NCBI GenBank assembly: GCA_041741195.1
Contig: JBGSKM010000032.1
Location: 29,764 to 93,763, forward strand
Direction of reading: 5' to 3'
DNA length: 64,000 nt
DNA from: Pirellulaceae bacterium
GTDB taxonomy: Bacteria; Planctomycetota; Planctomycetia; Pirellulales; Pirellulaceae
Part shown: piece by piece, positions 17,859-27,039 of the stretch
Layout: each line of letters starts with the position of its first letter
Position numbering within the stretch: the first letter of the stretch is position 1
Notes under the pieces: generated by a model
Told to the model about the DNA's origin: nothing
Databases searched by the model: none
The model's input: the letters and a program-made list of their open reading frames with translations, nothing else
Position numbers and translations under genes: made by a program

Positions 17859-19778
17859 CTAGCGTTGTTCTTGAACCCGTAATTCTTGGCGAGCCTTATC
17901 GCGACGGTTATGCCATTGTTTGACTCTTGCCACGTCTCGGGGTGACATGGCGGAGAACTGGGGGAAGCCCGGTCTAGCGGTTCCGGACGCGACGTCTCCG
18001 GAAATGTCGAGACTGTCGACAAAAGTGGCATCCGACAATAATCCCAACGCAGGCTCTTCGTAGGCGAATCGCGACATCATCACAATGCTGGAAATGGCCG
18101 CGACGAAGCATGCCCCCGCGACGACCAGCATCCACCAAGTGCGACTTCGTCGAATTAGTGGGCTGAATAGGAATGCCAATAACAACGGCCAGATCGCATG
18201 AATGGTCAACAGGACGAGGAACCAGCACGACATTGCTAGGACGATGCAACTGCCGATTAAAATCGCATCGCGTCCCCAGCCCAAGCCATCGATTCCGGAT
18301 TGCCATGGGTCTCGCGGTGGTCCATAGAATTCGGACCAGCCAACGAGCGTCAGCGCGATCGGCCAGAGCAAACCAATCGCGATGATTGGGAAGTAGAGGA
18401 GACGGAGGGTCAAGTCGAGAAGCGGTGAGCGAACCGGCGGTGTCTCCACTTTGCTCAATTCGCGATGACAATGTCTCGCAAAAGCGAGTGTGGCAAGCAT
18501 GGTTATCGGCAACCAAACGAGCACCGCAAAATCATCATCGATTGCCACGAAGATGAACCAAGTCGACAACAGGGCAGCGACCAATACGCCAAACGCAAGA
18601 ATCCCAAAGTACCTCGATGGCGAACTGCCGCGAATGTGATTCGTCGCCGCCAAGATCGCTGAACCGCGTTGGGATGTGAACGTCGCACCTCGATGCATGG
18701 CCCTGCGAACCGTATCGGTCGTTTCGTGAAGCCAGTCGCCCACGGTTCGCCCCATTACGGCCCGGTCGGCATCATGAACTCGCGTGGATGCGGAGGACTT
18801 CGGATTGGAGTGAATCGAGTCGACATCGTGTCGCATGGACGCTGCAGATGCATAGCGCCGCTGTGGTTGCTTGGAAAGCGCCTTGAGCACCACCTCGTCA
18901 AAACGGATATCCAATTGCACCCGTTGACTGGGCGGATCGAATCGACCCAGTGGCAATTCACCGGTGAGCATTTCGTACAAAACCACACCGAGCGCATAGA
19001 TGTCCGCGCGATGATCGACTTCGCTCGGACGTTCAATTTGTTCCGGTGCCATGTAGTGAATGGTGCCGACAATCGATTGCGTCAACTCGGCCTCGTCCAA
19101 TGTGGTCTCGGTCTGGGAGTCGTGATCCGCCGGAGCATGTACGCTCGGACGCGAGATGATTTTTGCTAATCCAAAGTCGGTTATCTTGAGTTGTCCTTGT
19201 TGCTCGAACAGCAAGTTCTCGGGCTTGATGTCGCGATGCACGACGCCTTTTTCGTGCGCGTAGGAGAGTGCATCGCACAACTGTGGGACAATCTCCAATG
19301 CCTCTTGGGCCGAGAGTTTTCCTTGGGCGAGCACATCCCGCAGACTTGCTCCGTCGACCAATTCCATCACCAACATGGCGAATGGTCCGGCTTGGCCATA
19401 ATCGTGTACGGCGACGATGTTGGGGTGATTGAGCTTTGCCAGGGCCCGGGCTTCGCGTCCAAATCGTTCTCGAAACCCCGGCCTCTGTGCGATCTCAGGC
19501 GGCAAGATTTTGATGGCGACGGGGCGATCAAGCGAAAGTTGTCGCCCCCGATACACGGCACCCATTCCACCACGGCCGATCAGTTCCGTGACTTCGTAGC
19601 CGACTAAATGCTGATTCAGCTCATCGACGCTGGGTGGATCAAACGATTGGCCGGGGCCGAGCGTGATCGCGGGATATCCGGGACGGTCCCAGGCGGGCTG
19701 CAATAAGCAACGGGGACAGGGTGCGGTGCTTTCACTTGGCAAAACGGCGCCACATCGGTGGCAGGTCACAGTAGTCAT
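17859..19778 (-). CDS. Ser/Thr protein kinase with N-terminal zinc ribbon and polytopic C-terminal membrane domain
   Basis: CHRCGAVLP...CPRCL, then Hanks kinase motifs: GRGGMGAVY, AIK, HRDIKPENLL, DFGLAK, APEQ. The C-terminal half has about 6 hydrophobic helices. The ATG at 19778 is 2 codons inside the TTG-initiated ORF-track call. Confidence 0.9.
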   Translation of the reverse strand: MTTVTCHRCGAVLPSESTAPCPRCLLQPAWDRPGYPAITLGPGQSFDPPSVDELNQHLVGYEVTELIGRGGMGAVYRGRQLSLDRPVAIKILPPEIAQRPGFRERFGREARALAKLNHPNIVAVHDYGQAGPFAMLVMELVDGASLRDVLAQGKLSAQEALEIVPQLCDALSYAHEKGVVHRDIKPENLLFEQQGQLKITDFGLAKIISRPSVHAPADHDSQTETTLDEAELTQSIVGTIHYMAPEQIERPSEVDHRADIYALGVVLYEMLTGELPLGRFDPPSQRVQLDIRFDEVVLKALSKQPQRRYASAASMRHDVDSIHSNPKSSASTRVHDADRAVMGRTVGDWLHETTDTVRRAMHRGATFTSQRGSAILAATNHIRGSSPSRYFGILAFGVLVAALLSTWFIFVAIDDDFAVLVWLPITMLATLAFARHCHRELSKVETPPVRSPLLDLTLRLLYFPIIAIGLLWPIALTLVGWSEFYGPPRDPWQSGIDGLGWGRDAILIGSCIVLAMSCWFLVLLTIHAIWPLLLAFLFSPLIRRSRTWWMLVVAGACFVAAISSIVMMSRFAYEEPALGLLSDATFVDSLDISGDVASGTARPGFPQFSAMSPRDVARVKQWHNRRDKARQELRVQEQR

Positions 19779-19855
19779 GAACAACGCTCGGTTAACGATT
19801 TTGGTTCGCTTCTACTCCTTCCTAACCCAGTCCAGTGGAAAGGTTACAAGAATTT

Positions 19856-20599
19856 TTAGTGGGTCCCAAGCGAGGCGAAGAGCAATCGCCTTTCTTGCCC
19901 GATCTCACTGGGATCATTGACGGTCTCCGCGACTGCCGCGATAAGCCGCTGGCGATAACGCTTTCTCAGTCGGTGGATTGCGACCTTCAAAGCCGTCGAG
20001 CTCAGTCCAAGCTCCGACGCCACCGCCGCTCGATCCACCGAATCACCACTATCCTCGAGTGTCGGTCGTAGCAAATCGAACCATCGTTGCTTGTCATCGG
20101 CGGCATACTCCTTGGCAAGATCCGCAAGCGTTTTGGAAACCAACCAACGCGCCCAGTGCCGATCAAAACTAGCCTCGGCATCTCCATTGGAATCAGTTGC
20201 TTCCCACTGTGATAACGACTCGGCTTGATCGCGTCCAGATTCGATGGTCGCCAAAGAAACCACACGAATGCCCCCGCCGCGGCAGGCAGCGTGATCGTGG
20301 CGAATTCGCTTGCTGACGTAGTTGTCCAGCGATGAAAAGAGGAACGCTCGGAAGCGACCCCGCGCCATGTCCGCTAGCTGCAAACTGTCCCGCCCAAGAA
20401 GATCTGCAAAGAAGCCCTGCACATCGTCCGCGGCATCATCGCATGAAAATCCCCGACGGCGCAAATACGCGTACAAGGGAGGCCAGTAGTTTTCGCATAA
20501 CTCGTCCAAAGAGCGTCGAACCACCGGATCGGTGCGGTCACCTCCGGCTTGAATGACCAAACTCCAACGCGTGGTTGGCAATCGCTTTAAATTGGTCAT
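19856..20599 (-). CDS. ECF-type RNA polymerase sigma factor, kinase-associated (ECF43-like) group
   Basis: TTRWSLVIQAGG..., NYWPPLYAYLRRRG (region 2), RGRFRAFLFSSL, and a region-4 HTH LGLSSTALKVAIHRLRKRYRQRL. Sits directly upstream of a Ser/Thr kinase on the same strand. Confidence 0.85.
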   Translation of the reverse strand: MTNLKRLPTTRWSLVIQAGGDRTDPVVRRSLDELCENYWPPLYAYLRRRGFSCDDAADDVQGFFADLLGRDSLQLADMARGRFRAFLFSSLDNYVSKRIRHDHAACRGGGIRVVSLATIESGRDQAESLSQWEATDSNGDAEASFDRHWARWLVSKTLADLAKEYAADDKQRWFDLLRPTLEDSGDSVDRAAVASELGLSSTALKVAIHRLRKRYRQRLIAAVAETVNDPSEIGQERRLLFASLGTH

Positions 20600-20687
20600 G
20601 ATGACTTCCCTTCGTATGAATCACTTTCTAAATACCCTGATCTTCTCCACATATCCGTATTCCCTGTCGCGTGCCACGGTGCCGTCC

Positions 20688-22448
20688 ATGAAACCGATTC
20701 TAATCGTCACCGCGCTACTGTTTGCGACTTGTCACGGAGCGCGAACCGCAAATGCGGCGACGCGAACTTGGGACGGCCGTCATGATACGAGCCGAATCGA
20801 AGTCACGATGGTTTACTTTGTCCCGTCGGATTGCGATCCGCTGCCCGATTGGCGCGAGCGCGTCGATTACTATGCGAAACGGATCGAACAATTTCACCAA
20901 CGAGAGTTCGGAACCCAATCGGTACTCGGAACGCGAGTGGACGACCGGCCCTTCGTGTCGCAATCGGACTCCGCAACACTGCGTGCTGGAGACGCCAACG
21001 CGATCTACTACAAAACGCTTCGCGAAGTCGACTCGCGGCTAAAATTTGCGACCGCGCCGAGTGAGGCGTTTCGTATCCTGCTTGTACTGAGCGATATCAA
21101 TTGGCGTCCACTGGACGACTTCTATCGGCTTCGACCCGACGGTGATGAACTGGTCTTCGAAGGCAACTACAACAACGGCGAGCATTTTCCTGGCGCCGCG
21201 TCCGGCGGTGCTCGAGCAGCGTACTTGGCTGATCGCGGAGTGGGCTGGGGACTGGTCAGCGGTGACGGATGGCGAGTTCCGTACCGCGGCAGCGACTGTG
21301 TCGTCTACCACGAAGGTTGTGGACATACCGTCGGCTTGCCGCATCCGGAACCGGGTAATAGCTCGGTGATGAGTCTCGGCCAATACCGCGGCTGGATCAG
21401 CGAATCGTGGCTCGACAAAGAACAAAAGAGTCGACTCGGATGGGAACCGCCCAGTGGCGATGTGGACGTGAATCAATCGCAGGTCGAATTGTTCACCAAG
21501 TTTCGTGCCCTGCCACAACCGCAAGTGCCTCGCCCCGGCGAAGAAGTTCGACTGAGGTTGGATTGGCCCGCATCGGTCAGAGTGAAATCGCTCTCGGTTC
21601 GCATTCAAACATCCTTGGATTCAGCGTGGATGAGTGTTCCGGTTCAGGATGGGCGTCCCGAATTCGTGTCGCTGGGAACGTTTGATCGCGAGATTCCGGT
21701 CAGCTACCGAGTCGATTCCATCACCGAGTCGGGCGCGTCCGTCGAGCTCTGGGGTTACTTTCAAGTACGTCGTGAACCCGATCAAAATCCGCAACCCATG
21801 GACTTGGATCCCGATCTCGATCTCGACGTCGTGGACCATGTAGCGGTCACAGCGTCAAACAGCGATCTCGCGATGGGGAAAACCGTCGATCTACTGGAGC
21901 TGATTGATCCAGCAAAAAACTGGACGAGTGGCCCATGGCGAAAACAAGGACGCGTACTCGAAAGCCCAAAACAATTTGGTGCGAAGTTGGAAATTCCATA
22001 CGCCGTCCCGGCGGCCTACCAATGGACGCTTGTTGTCGAGCCGCTTGATGAACCGGGCGCCCTGCAGTTGGGCCAGGTCAGCGGAATCCATCGCTTTGCG
22101 ACTCTCTTTGGCTTTCAACAGGGAAACGAATACGTCAGTGCGATCGAGAATGTCGACGGCCACAATGTTGGCAACGAAACAACCTTCAGGGGACCATTGT
22201 TTGTCAAAAATCGGATGTCTCAAGTCATCGTTCGCGTGTCGCCGAACTCCGTCAACATGTGGGTCGATGGCCAACCAATCGTCAACTGGAAAGGAAACTC
22301 GGACCGATTATCACTCTCCGAATACTGGACGACACCTAACGCCAAGTCGCTGTTCCTAGGCGCCTACGATTGTCGCTTTCGATTCCACCGCGTCACCATT
22401 CAAGCGATCTCGTCGAAGGTAGATCGAGCGAAGTATATCGAATCTTAG
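20688..22448 (+). CDS. Secreted protein: metzincin-like zinc-peptidase-like N-domain (atypical HEXXXHXXGXXH) plus C-terminal beta-sandwich (LamG/DUF1080-like) domain
   Basis: The ATG at 20688 gives the signal peptide MKPILIVTALLFATCHGARTANA. Motif YHEGCGHTVGLPHPE at nt 21309-21344, followed by SVMS. The C-terminal part WTSGPWRKQGRVLES...VNMWVDGQPIVNWKG...FHRVTI resembles concanavalin-like domains. Confidence 0.65.
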   Translation: MKPILIVTALLFATCHGARTANAATRTWDGRHDTSRIEVTMVYFVPSDCDPLPDWRERVDYYAKRIEQFHQREFGTQSVLGTRVDDRPFVSQSDSATLRAGDANAIYYKTLREVDSRLKFATAPSEAFRILLVLSDINWRPLDDFYRLRPDGDELVFEGNYNNGEHFPGAASGGARAAYLADRGVGWGLVSGDGWRVPYRGSDCVVYHEGCGHTVGLPHPEPGNSSVMSLGQYRGWISESWLDKEQKSRLGWEPPSGDVDVNQSQVELFTKFRALPQPQVPRPGEEVRLRLDWPASVRVKSLSVRIQTSLDSAWMSVPVQDGRPEFVSLGTFDREIPVSYRVDSITESGASVELWGYFQVRREPDQNPQPMDLDPDLDLDVVDHVAVTASNSDLAMGKTVDLLELIDPAKNWTSGPWRKQGRVLESPKQFGAKLEIPYAVPAAYQWTLVVEPLDEPGALQLGQVSGIHRFATLFGFQQGNEYVSAIENVDGHNVGNETTFRGPLFVKNRMSQVIVRVSPNSVNMWVDGQPIVNWKGNSDRLSLSEYWTTPNAKSLFLGAYDCRFRFHRVTIQAISSKVDRAKYIES

Positions 22449-22470
22449 CAATCGTGATTTCGCAATCAAT

Positions 22471-24561
22471 TTACTTGAACGTTCCAGTGGGCAGAGTGGC
22501 GGTTTGGTCGCCGGTGTTCGGAACGGTGGTTCCCGTCAGTGGTTGCAGACCGCGAATACGAGCTCGCGGTGCCAGCCCTTGCGCGTCGATCGGTTGATCC
22601 AACAAATGAGTTCCGACATTGCCGGCGCTGTCGGTCGCGTCGGCTCGCAAATAGAACTGCCGCGGCAGTTGTGGATCTGCTGGCCAAACGTAAACCCCTT
22701 CGTTGCGAAGACCTGCTGCGATGGTCGTCCACGGACCATCGGGTGACTCGCTAAATGCCAATGAGATCGGCCGGGGCAACGGGTGTGCGTCCTCGCAGGA
22801 ATACTGAATCACTAGCGAACCGACTCGATCGCCGTCGCCATATTTTGCGCCGGTGATTTTGATGGCTGGTTTCGTCGAATCGACGGTGACCGCAATGTCC
22901 GCGGGTTCGCCGGCCAGTGGCCGAGGGCTCGCCAGTCCGCTGGAGCTGACCACCACGATTCGATAGGCATACGTCCCTTCACCGTTAGTCTCGATGTCAA
23001 AAGGGCTTTGTCGATCCGGATCGGAACCCCATCGCTTCCACGAGTTTCCGCCATCGAGGCTGCCCCACAACTCAACGGCCTCGACACCGCCGGAGCCAAT
23101 CGCTTCAAGCTCGTACTCGAGACTGAAACGAGGCGATTCGCTGAAACGAAGTGGCGTGCGCGGATCAATGGTGGTTTGGATGGTGGCGCGGCCTGCGGCG
23201 TAGGCTGCGTTGTCTTTGACGACTTCCTCGGAAAGCGGAATCTGTTCGATGTTTTCTGCAGCTAACTTTTCACCCGCTGGCAATGGCATACCCGTCGGTG
23301 GTAGCGAAGTCTGGGTCGGTCCTGCGACGGCGGATGATCCTACTCCGCTAGTTTCTGGCCGGCTGGTCTCTGGATCGAGCGGTCGAATGGCCTCCGCGGC
23401 CGTGCGAGGTCGATTCACCGGTGAGTCCTTGGGCTCGGTCGGCGCAACGGCACTCCACGGCGTGATCGACGGCGAATCGTTTTCATCGCGGTTGCCGGTC
23501 GAGGGACTTTGAAGAGGCGGTGCGAGGCCCAGACCCAGGGCCTTCTCCGATGCAGTAGGTGGCGCGGCGGTTGGCGATGTCGGAAGTGGGATGTTTTCGT
23601 ATCCGGGGGCGGCGTCGGTGCCGGCACCAGTGGGGACGGCCGTCACGGTAACACCACCGGTACTATTCGCGATGGCCGGCTGCGTGACTCCACCCCACTG
23701 GACCATTTGTCCAACCGGATGATCGGCGACTCGGTACGGAGCCGGTCTTGCCGAGGGTGTCGCCACGGGTGTTGAGGCCGCAAAATTGCTGTGCGGCAAT
23801 GCGGCGATGCGAGGGCGTTGCACACTCACGTGCGTTGATTTTTGGTTTCCTGCAGCATCGATCACGGTGGCCTGGACATAAACTTGGTCCCAGTGAACTG
23901 GGGGAGTAAACGATAATCTAGCACTGGTTGCTGCGATCGAACCATCGTTGGCGGCGTCCGGGTCGCCCGCGGCTACAGGTGACAACTCGATCGGTCGCCA
24001 CGCCCTCTCGGTATCCGACATGTATTGCAAGTGAACTTGCTTTACCGGGCTGATGTCTTTGATTTCGTATTGGACATCGATCCGCCCCGAATCGTCCGCG
24101 TCGGCGACTAGGTGAATCTCGGGGCCGGTTGTATTGATTAGCACATCGAGTCGATTTCCAAACGAATGCGCGTGGCCGGCGACGTCAATGGTGCGAGTTG
24201 TAAAGTAGTAAAGCCCGTCGTCGGCGGCGGTGAACTGGAATTGCTGAGCGGCGGGTGGTGCCTCGCCGAACCGCTCCCAGCGAATCACGGATCCCGCCGA
24301 GTTGGAATCGTTGCGTCCGACGTACAGTTCAACCTTGGCGGGCTGGGTCCCGGCGGCATCGACGGTAAACGGAATGCTAAAGGAACGCGAGTTCAGCAGC
24401 GTCGGTTGGGACGTCGGTTGAGGATCGCTGGGGACCGCCTGAGAAGGCGAATTGGGAGCGGGACTCGTGACTTGGGCGAAAGCGACGTTATGCTGCAGTG
24501 CCAGGTGACCCGTCACGACGAGCACTGCAACGAAGGTGAGGACGTATTCGGTGAAACGCAT
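22471..24561 (-). CDS. Secreted protein with four Ig/FN3-like beta-sandwich repeats (two N-terminal, two C-terminal) and a long Pro/Thr/Ser/Ala-rich linker
   Basis: The ATG at 24561 gives a signal peptide (MRFTEYVLTFVAVLVVTGHLALQHNVAFAQ). Repeat-end motifs recur: TRTIDVAGHAHS, ATVIDAAGNQKS, VVVSSSGLAS, ADATDSAGNVG. The ORF-track N-terminal extension to 25185 is antisense to mnmG and is rejected. Confidence 0.7.
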   Translation of the reverse strand: MRFTEYVLTFVAVLVVTGHLALQHNVAFAQVTSPAPNSPSQAVPSDPQPTSQPTLLNSRSFSIPFTVDAAGTQPAKVELYVGRNDSNSAGSVIRWERFGEAPPAAQQFQFTAADDGLYYFTTRTIDVAGHAHSFGNRLDVLINTTGPEIHLVADADDSGRIDVQYEIKDISPVKQVHLQYMSDTERAWRPIELSPVAAGDPDAANDGSIAATSARLSFTPPVHWDQVYVQATVIDAAGNQKSTHVSVQRPRIAALPHSNFAASTPVATPSARPAPYRVADHPVGQMVQWGGVTQPAIANSTGGVTVTAVPTGAGTDAAPGYENIPLPTSPTAAPPTASEKALGLGLAPPLQSPSTGNRDENDSPSITPWSAVAPTEPKDSPVNRPRTAAEAIRPLDPETSRPETSGVGSSAVAGPTQTSLPPTGMPLPAGEKLAAENIEQIPLSEEVVKDNAAYAAGRATIQTTIDPRTPLRFSESPRFSLEYELEAIGSGGVEAVELWGSLDGGNSWKRWGSDPDRQSPFDIETNGEGTYAYRIVVVSSSGLASPRPLAGEPADIAVTVDSTKPAIKITGAKYGDGDRVGSLVIQYSCEDAHPLPRPISLAFSESPDGPWTTIAAGLRNEGVYVWPADPQLPRQFYLRADATDSAGNVGTHLLDQPIDAQGLAPRARIRGLQPLTGTTVPNTGDQTATLPTGTFK

Positions 24562-24720
24562 CACGATTGTTTGCCGAGGGGGACGAAGTCGAAATCTCAC
24601 GGACGTGAAACAAGCGACTCCGGGGGCGGTCCTCGGTCGCGTCGATAGCTTCACTTGTTCGGCTTCGGCAGTCCGCCACCGCGGGCATGATTCAACTTTT
24701 GATAATTGTGAAAATTTTTG

Positions 24721-26553
24721 ATGAATGACCATCTCTGTCGCTACGAATACGACGTCATCGTGATCGGTGCCGGGCACGCCGGCACCGAAGCCGCCGCGGC
24801 GGCCGCACGGTTGGGAGCCCGAACTGCCCTGCTCACGACCAATCTGGATACCGTCGGCCAAATGTCGTGCAACCCAGCGATCGGCGGCGTCGCCAAAGGC
24901 CAAATCGTTCGCGAAGTGGACGCGCTGGGCGGTCTGATGGGCGAAGCGATTGATGCGACCGGAATCCAGTTTCGCTTGCTGAATTGTCGCAAGGGTCCCG
25001 CGATGCACAGCCCTCGCGCCCAAGCCGACAAAAAGGCGTACCAGCTTTGGATCAAGGAGCGAATCGAAACGCAACCGAACCTCGATCTCAGGCAAGAGAC
25101 CGTCGAAGATCTCATCGTCGAAGACAACCCAAGTGGCGACGGGCCACCACGGGTCATCGGCGTTCGAGTTCGTGGTGACGCCCAATACATCGCCGGTGCG
25201 GTCGTGTTGACCACCGGTACGTTCTTACAAGCGATCATGCACACTGGCGATGCAAAGACTGCTGGTGGAAGGGCAGGGGAGGGCACCACGACAGGCATCA
25301 GCGGTGCGCTCGCACGACTGGGATTCGAAATCGATCGATTCAAAACCGGGACGCCGCCGCGACTTAGCGCCCGAACCATCGACTTTGCCGCGACCACCGT
25401 CCAGCCCGGTGATGACACTCCCCAGCCGTTTTCGTTTCTCAATACGACATTGCAACTGGACCAGTTGCCGTGCCACATCACGCACACCAACGAAGCGGTC
25501 CACGAACTGATTCGAGCCAATCTGCATCGGGCGCCGATGTACAGTGGTCAAATCCACTCCCGCGGTCCGCGATATTGTCCATCGATCGAAGACAAAGTCG
25601 TTCGCTTTGCTGACAAGAGCGAGCATCAACTGTTTCTTGAGCCCGAAGGACGTCACACCAGCGAAATCTATGTCAACGGCATCTCGACGAGTTTGCCTCG
25701 GGATGTGCAAGACAAGATGTTCCGCATGATTCCGGGACTCGAAAAGGCGTCGATCATGCGCTATGGATACGCGGTCGAATACGATTATTGTCCGCCTACC
25801 CAGCTCTGGCCGCACTTGGAATCGAAACGAGTGAGCGGATTGTTCTTCGCTGGACAAATCAATGGCACGACCGGATACGAGGAAGCCGCTGGCCAGGGAC
25901 TCATCGCGGGTCTTAACGCGGCTCGCCTGGCCGCCGGGCAACCCGTCTGGGTGCCTCGTCGCGACCAAGCCTACATCGGTGTACTCGTCGACGATCTCGT
26001 TACCAGCGGGACCGACGAGCCGTATCGCATGTTTACGAGTCGGGCCGAGTATCGATTGCTACTGCGCCAAGATAATGCGGATCGTCGACTGACTCAAACC
26101 GCCGATGAGCTCGGGCTGATCGATCCGAATCGACGCGAGCAATTCCGAAGCAAACTAGAGCAACTCGGCCGAGCGATGTCGCTCCTGAAGTCGACTCGTT
26201 ATGAAAACGTGACGGGCGAAGTTTGGTTGCGCCGACCGGAGATTGAATGGCCACAATTATGTGAACGTATCCCTGAGCTGGCTACGGTTTCCAACGATGT
26301 CGCCAAACAATGCGTCTACGACATCAAGTATGCCGGTTACGTGAGTCGCCAGCAGTTGGAAGTTGACAAACAATTGCGGCATGCCGAGAAACGGATACCC
26401 GCGGCGTTCGACTACCACCGCATCGGGTCATTACGAACGGAAGCCAAGGAAAAGCTGACGCGAATCCGGCCGCTGAGTTTGGACCAAGCACGGCGGATCA
26501 GCGGAATTACTCCCGCCGACATCGCACTCGTGCTGGCGCATCTGGAGGCGTAG
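24721..26553 (+). CDS. mnmG: tRNA uridine 5-carboxymethylaminomethyl modification enzyme MnmG (GidA)
   Basis: [16 protein letters not shown] (FAD fold), [21 protein letters not shown], and [12 protein letters not shown]... through the C-terminal ISGITPADI motif. Confidence 0.95.
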   Translation: MNDHLCRYEYDVIVIGAGHAGTEAAAAAARLGARTALLTTNLDTVGQMSCNPAIGGVAKGQIVREVDALGGLMGEAIDATGIQFRLLNCRKGPAMHSPRAQADKKAYQLWIKERIETQPNLDLRQETVEDLIVEDNPSGDGPPRVIGVRVRGDAQYIAGAVVLTTGTFLQAIMHTGDAKTAGGRAGEGTTTGISGALARLGFEIDRFKTGTPPRLSARTIDFAATTVQPGDDTPQPFSFLNTTLQLDQLPCHITHTNEAVHELIRANLHRAPMYSGQIHSRGPRYCPSIEDKVVRFADKSEHQLFLEPEGRHTSEIYVNGISTSLPRDVQDKMFRMIPGLEKASIMRYGYAVEYDYCPPTQLWPHLESKRVSGLFFAGQINGTTGYEEAAGQGLIAGLNAARLAAGQPVWVPRRDQAYIGVLVDDLVTSGTDEPYRMFTSRAEYRLLLRQDNADRRLTQTADELGLIDPNRREQFRSKLEQLGRAMSLLKSTRYENVTGEVWLRRPEIEWPQLCERIPELATVSNDVAKQCVYDIKYAGYVSRQQLEVDKQLRHAEKRIPAAFDYHRIGSLRTEAKEKLTRIRPLSLDQARRISGITPADIALVLAHLEA

Positions 26554-26780
26554 CAGTGAACGCAGTTCGATTCGCTGGTGAATCCCTTCACCTACAAGAT
26601 GCTTCTCGCCGGAGGTCAACGCTTGACGGCCGATGAAATCGATTCATTGGTGTCCAGTGTGACAGATTAGCCACAGGTGTCGCCGCCTCGGGCTGGCCAC
26701 TAGCGGGGTCAGCAAAGCGACTTTCATTCGGCCGATTCCGTCGCAGTCACAAAAAAAGTTTGATGAAAATCTTGAGCGAA

Positions 26781-26808
26781 GTGGCGACTAAATGCACTAA
26801 GTCGCTAC
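26781..26808 (+). other. Hairpin GTGGCGACT-(10 nt)-AGTCGCTAC; shares both arms and a 12-mer with the hairpin at 41572-41605
   Basis: 9-bp stem including one G-T pair (26781-26789 with 26800-26808). The loop is AAATGCACTA. Confidence 0.4.
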
Positions 26809-26839
26809 GGGAGCAAACTTTACGTCAAACGAATCGATC

Positions 26840-26867
26840 TTGACCCAGTTGGATGATTCGGTAGAAT
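26840..26867 (+). promoter_or_regulatory. Sigma-70-like promoter candidate (TTGACC-N16-TAGAAT) upstream of the response-regulator gene
   Basis: TTGACC at 26840-26845, a 16-nt spacer, then TAGAAT at 26862-26867. It lies about 170 nt upstream of the ATG at 27040, inside a 486-nt gap with no convincing ORF. Confidence 0.3.
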
Positions 26868-27039
26868 TCGCGTTCGAGGTAAGTTTGGTAAGCCAGCAGG
26901 TTTCGGAGATCCTTGCTGCTTGCGTTCTTCGCGCAGCTTGGCACGGGAAAGTGCTAGTGCGGTAGAGCGGGAGGTTTGCTAAACGTGCACTCGAATTCAC
27001 ATGCATCGGGTTAGTCATGCAGGGAGGATGGTTTCTGAC

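Noticed and set aside
24562-24720. Replication origin next to mnmG (gidA)
   Set aside because: No DnaA-box-like TTATCCACA/TGTGGATAA sequences or AT-rich unwinding repeats are visible, only a short AT-rich stretch (TTGATAATTGTGAAAATTTTTG) adjacent to the start codon. dnaA and dnaN are not in the window.
24562-25185. N-terminal 208 codons of the 904-aa ORF-track call 22471..25185
   Set aside because: This part runs antisense through the intergenic region and the first ~470 nt of mnmG, a high-confidence gene. Its sequence is Arg/Gly/Ala-rich and not protein-like. An internal ATG at 24561 gives a textbook signal peptide. It is treated as an open antisense frame typical of GC-rich DNA.
26556-26592. 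tRNA-like GTTCGATTC sequence and a GGTGAA-tccc-TTCACC hairpin just after mnmG
   Set aside because: The bases flanking GTTCGATTC do not form a T-stem, and no acceptor, D or anticodon arms can be drawn. The hairpin has a 6-bp stem with no U-tract, so neither a tRNA nor an intrinsic terminator is supported.
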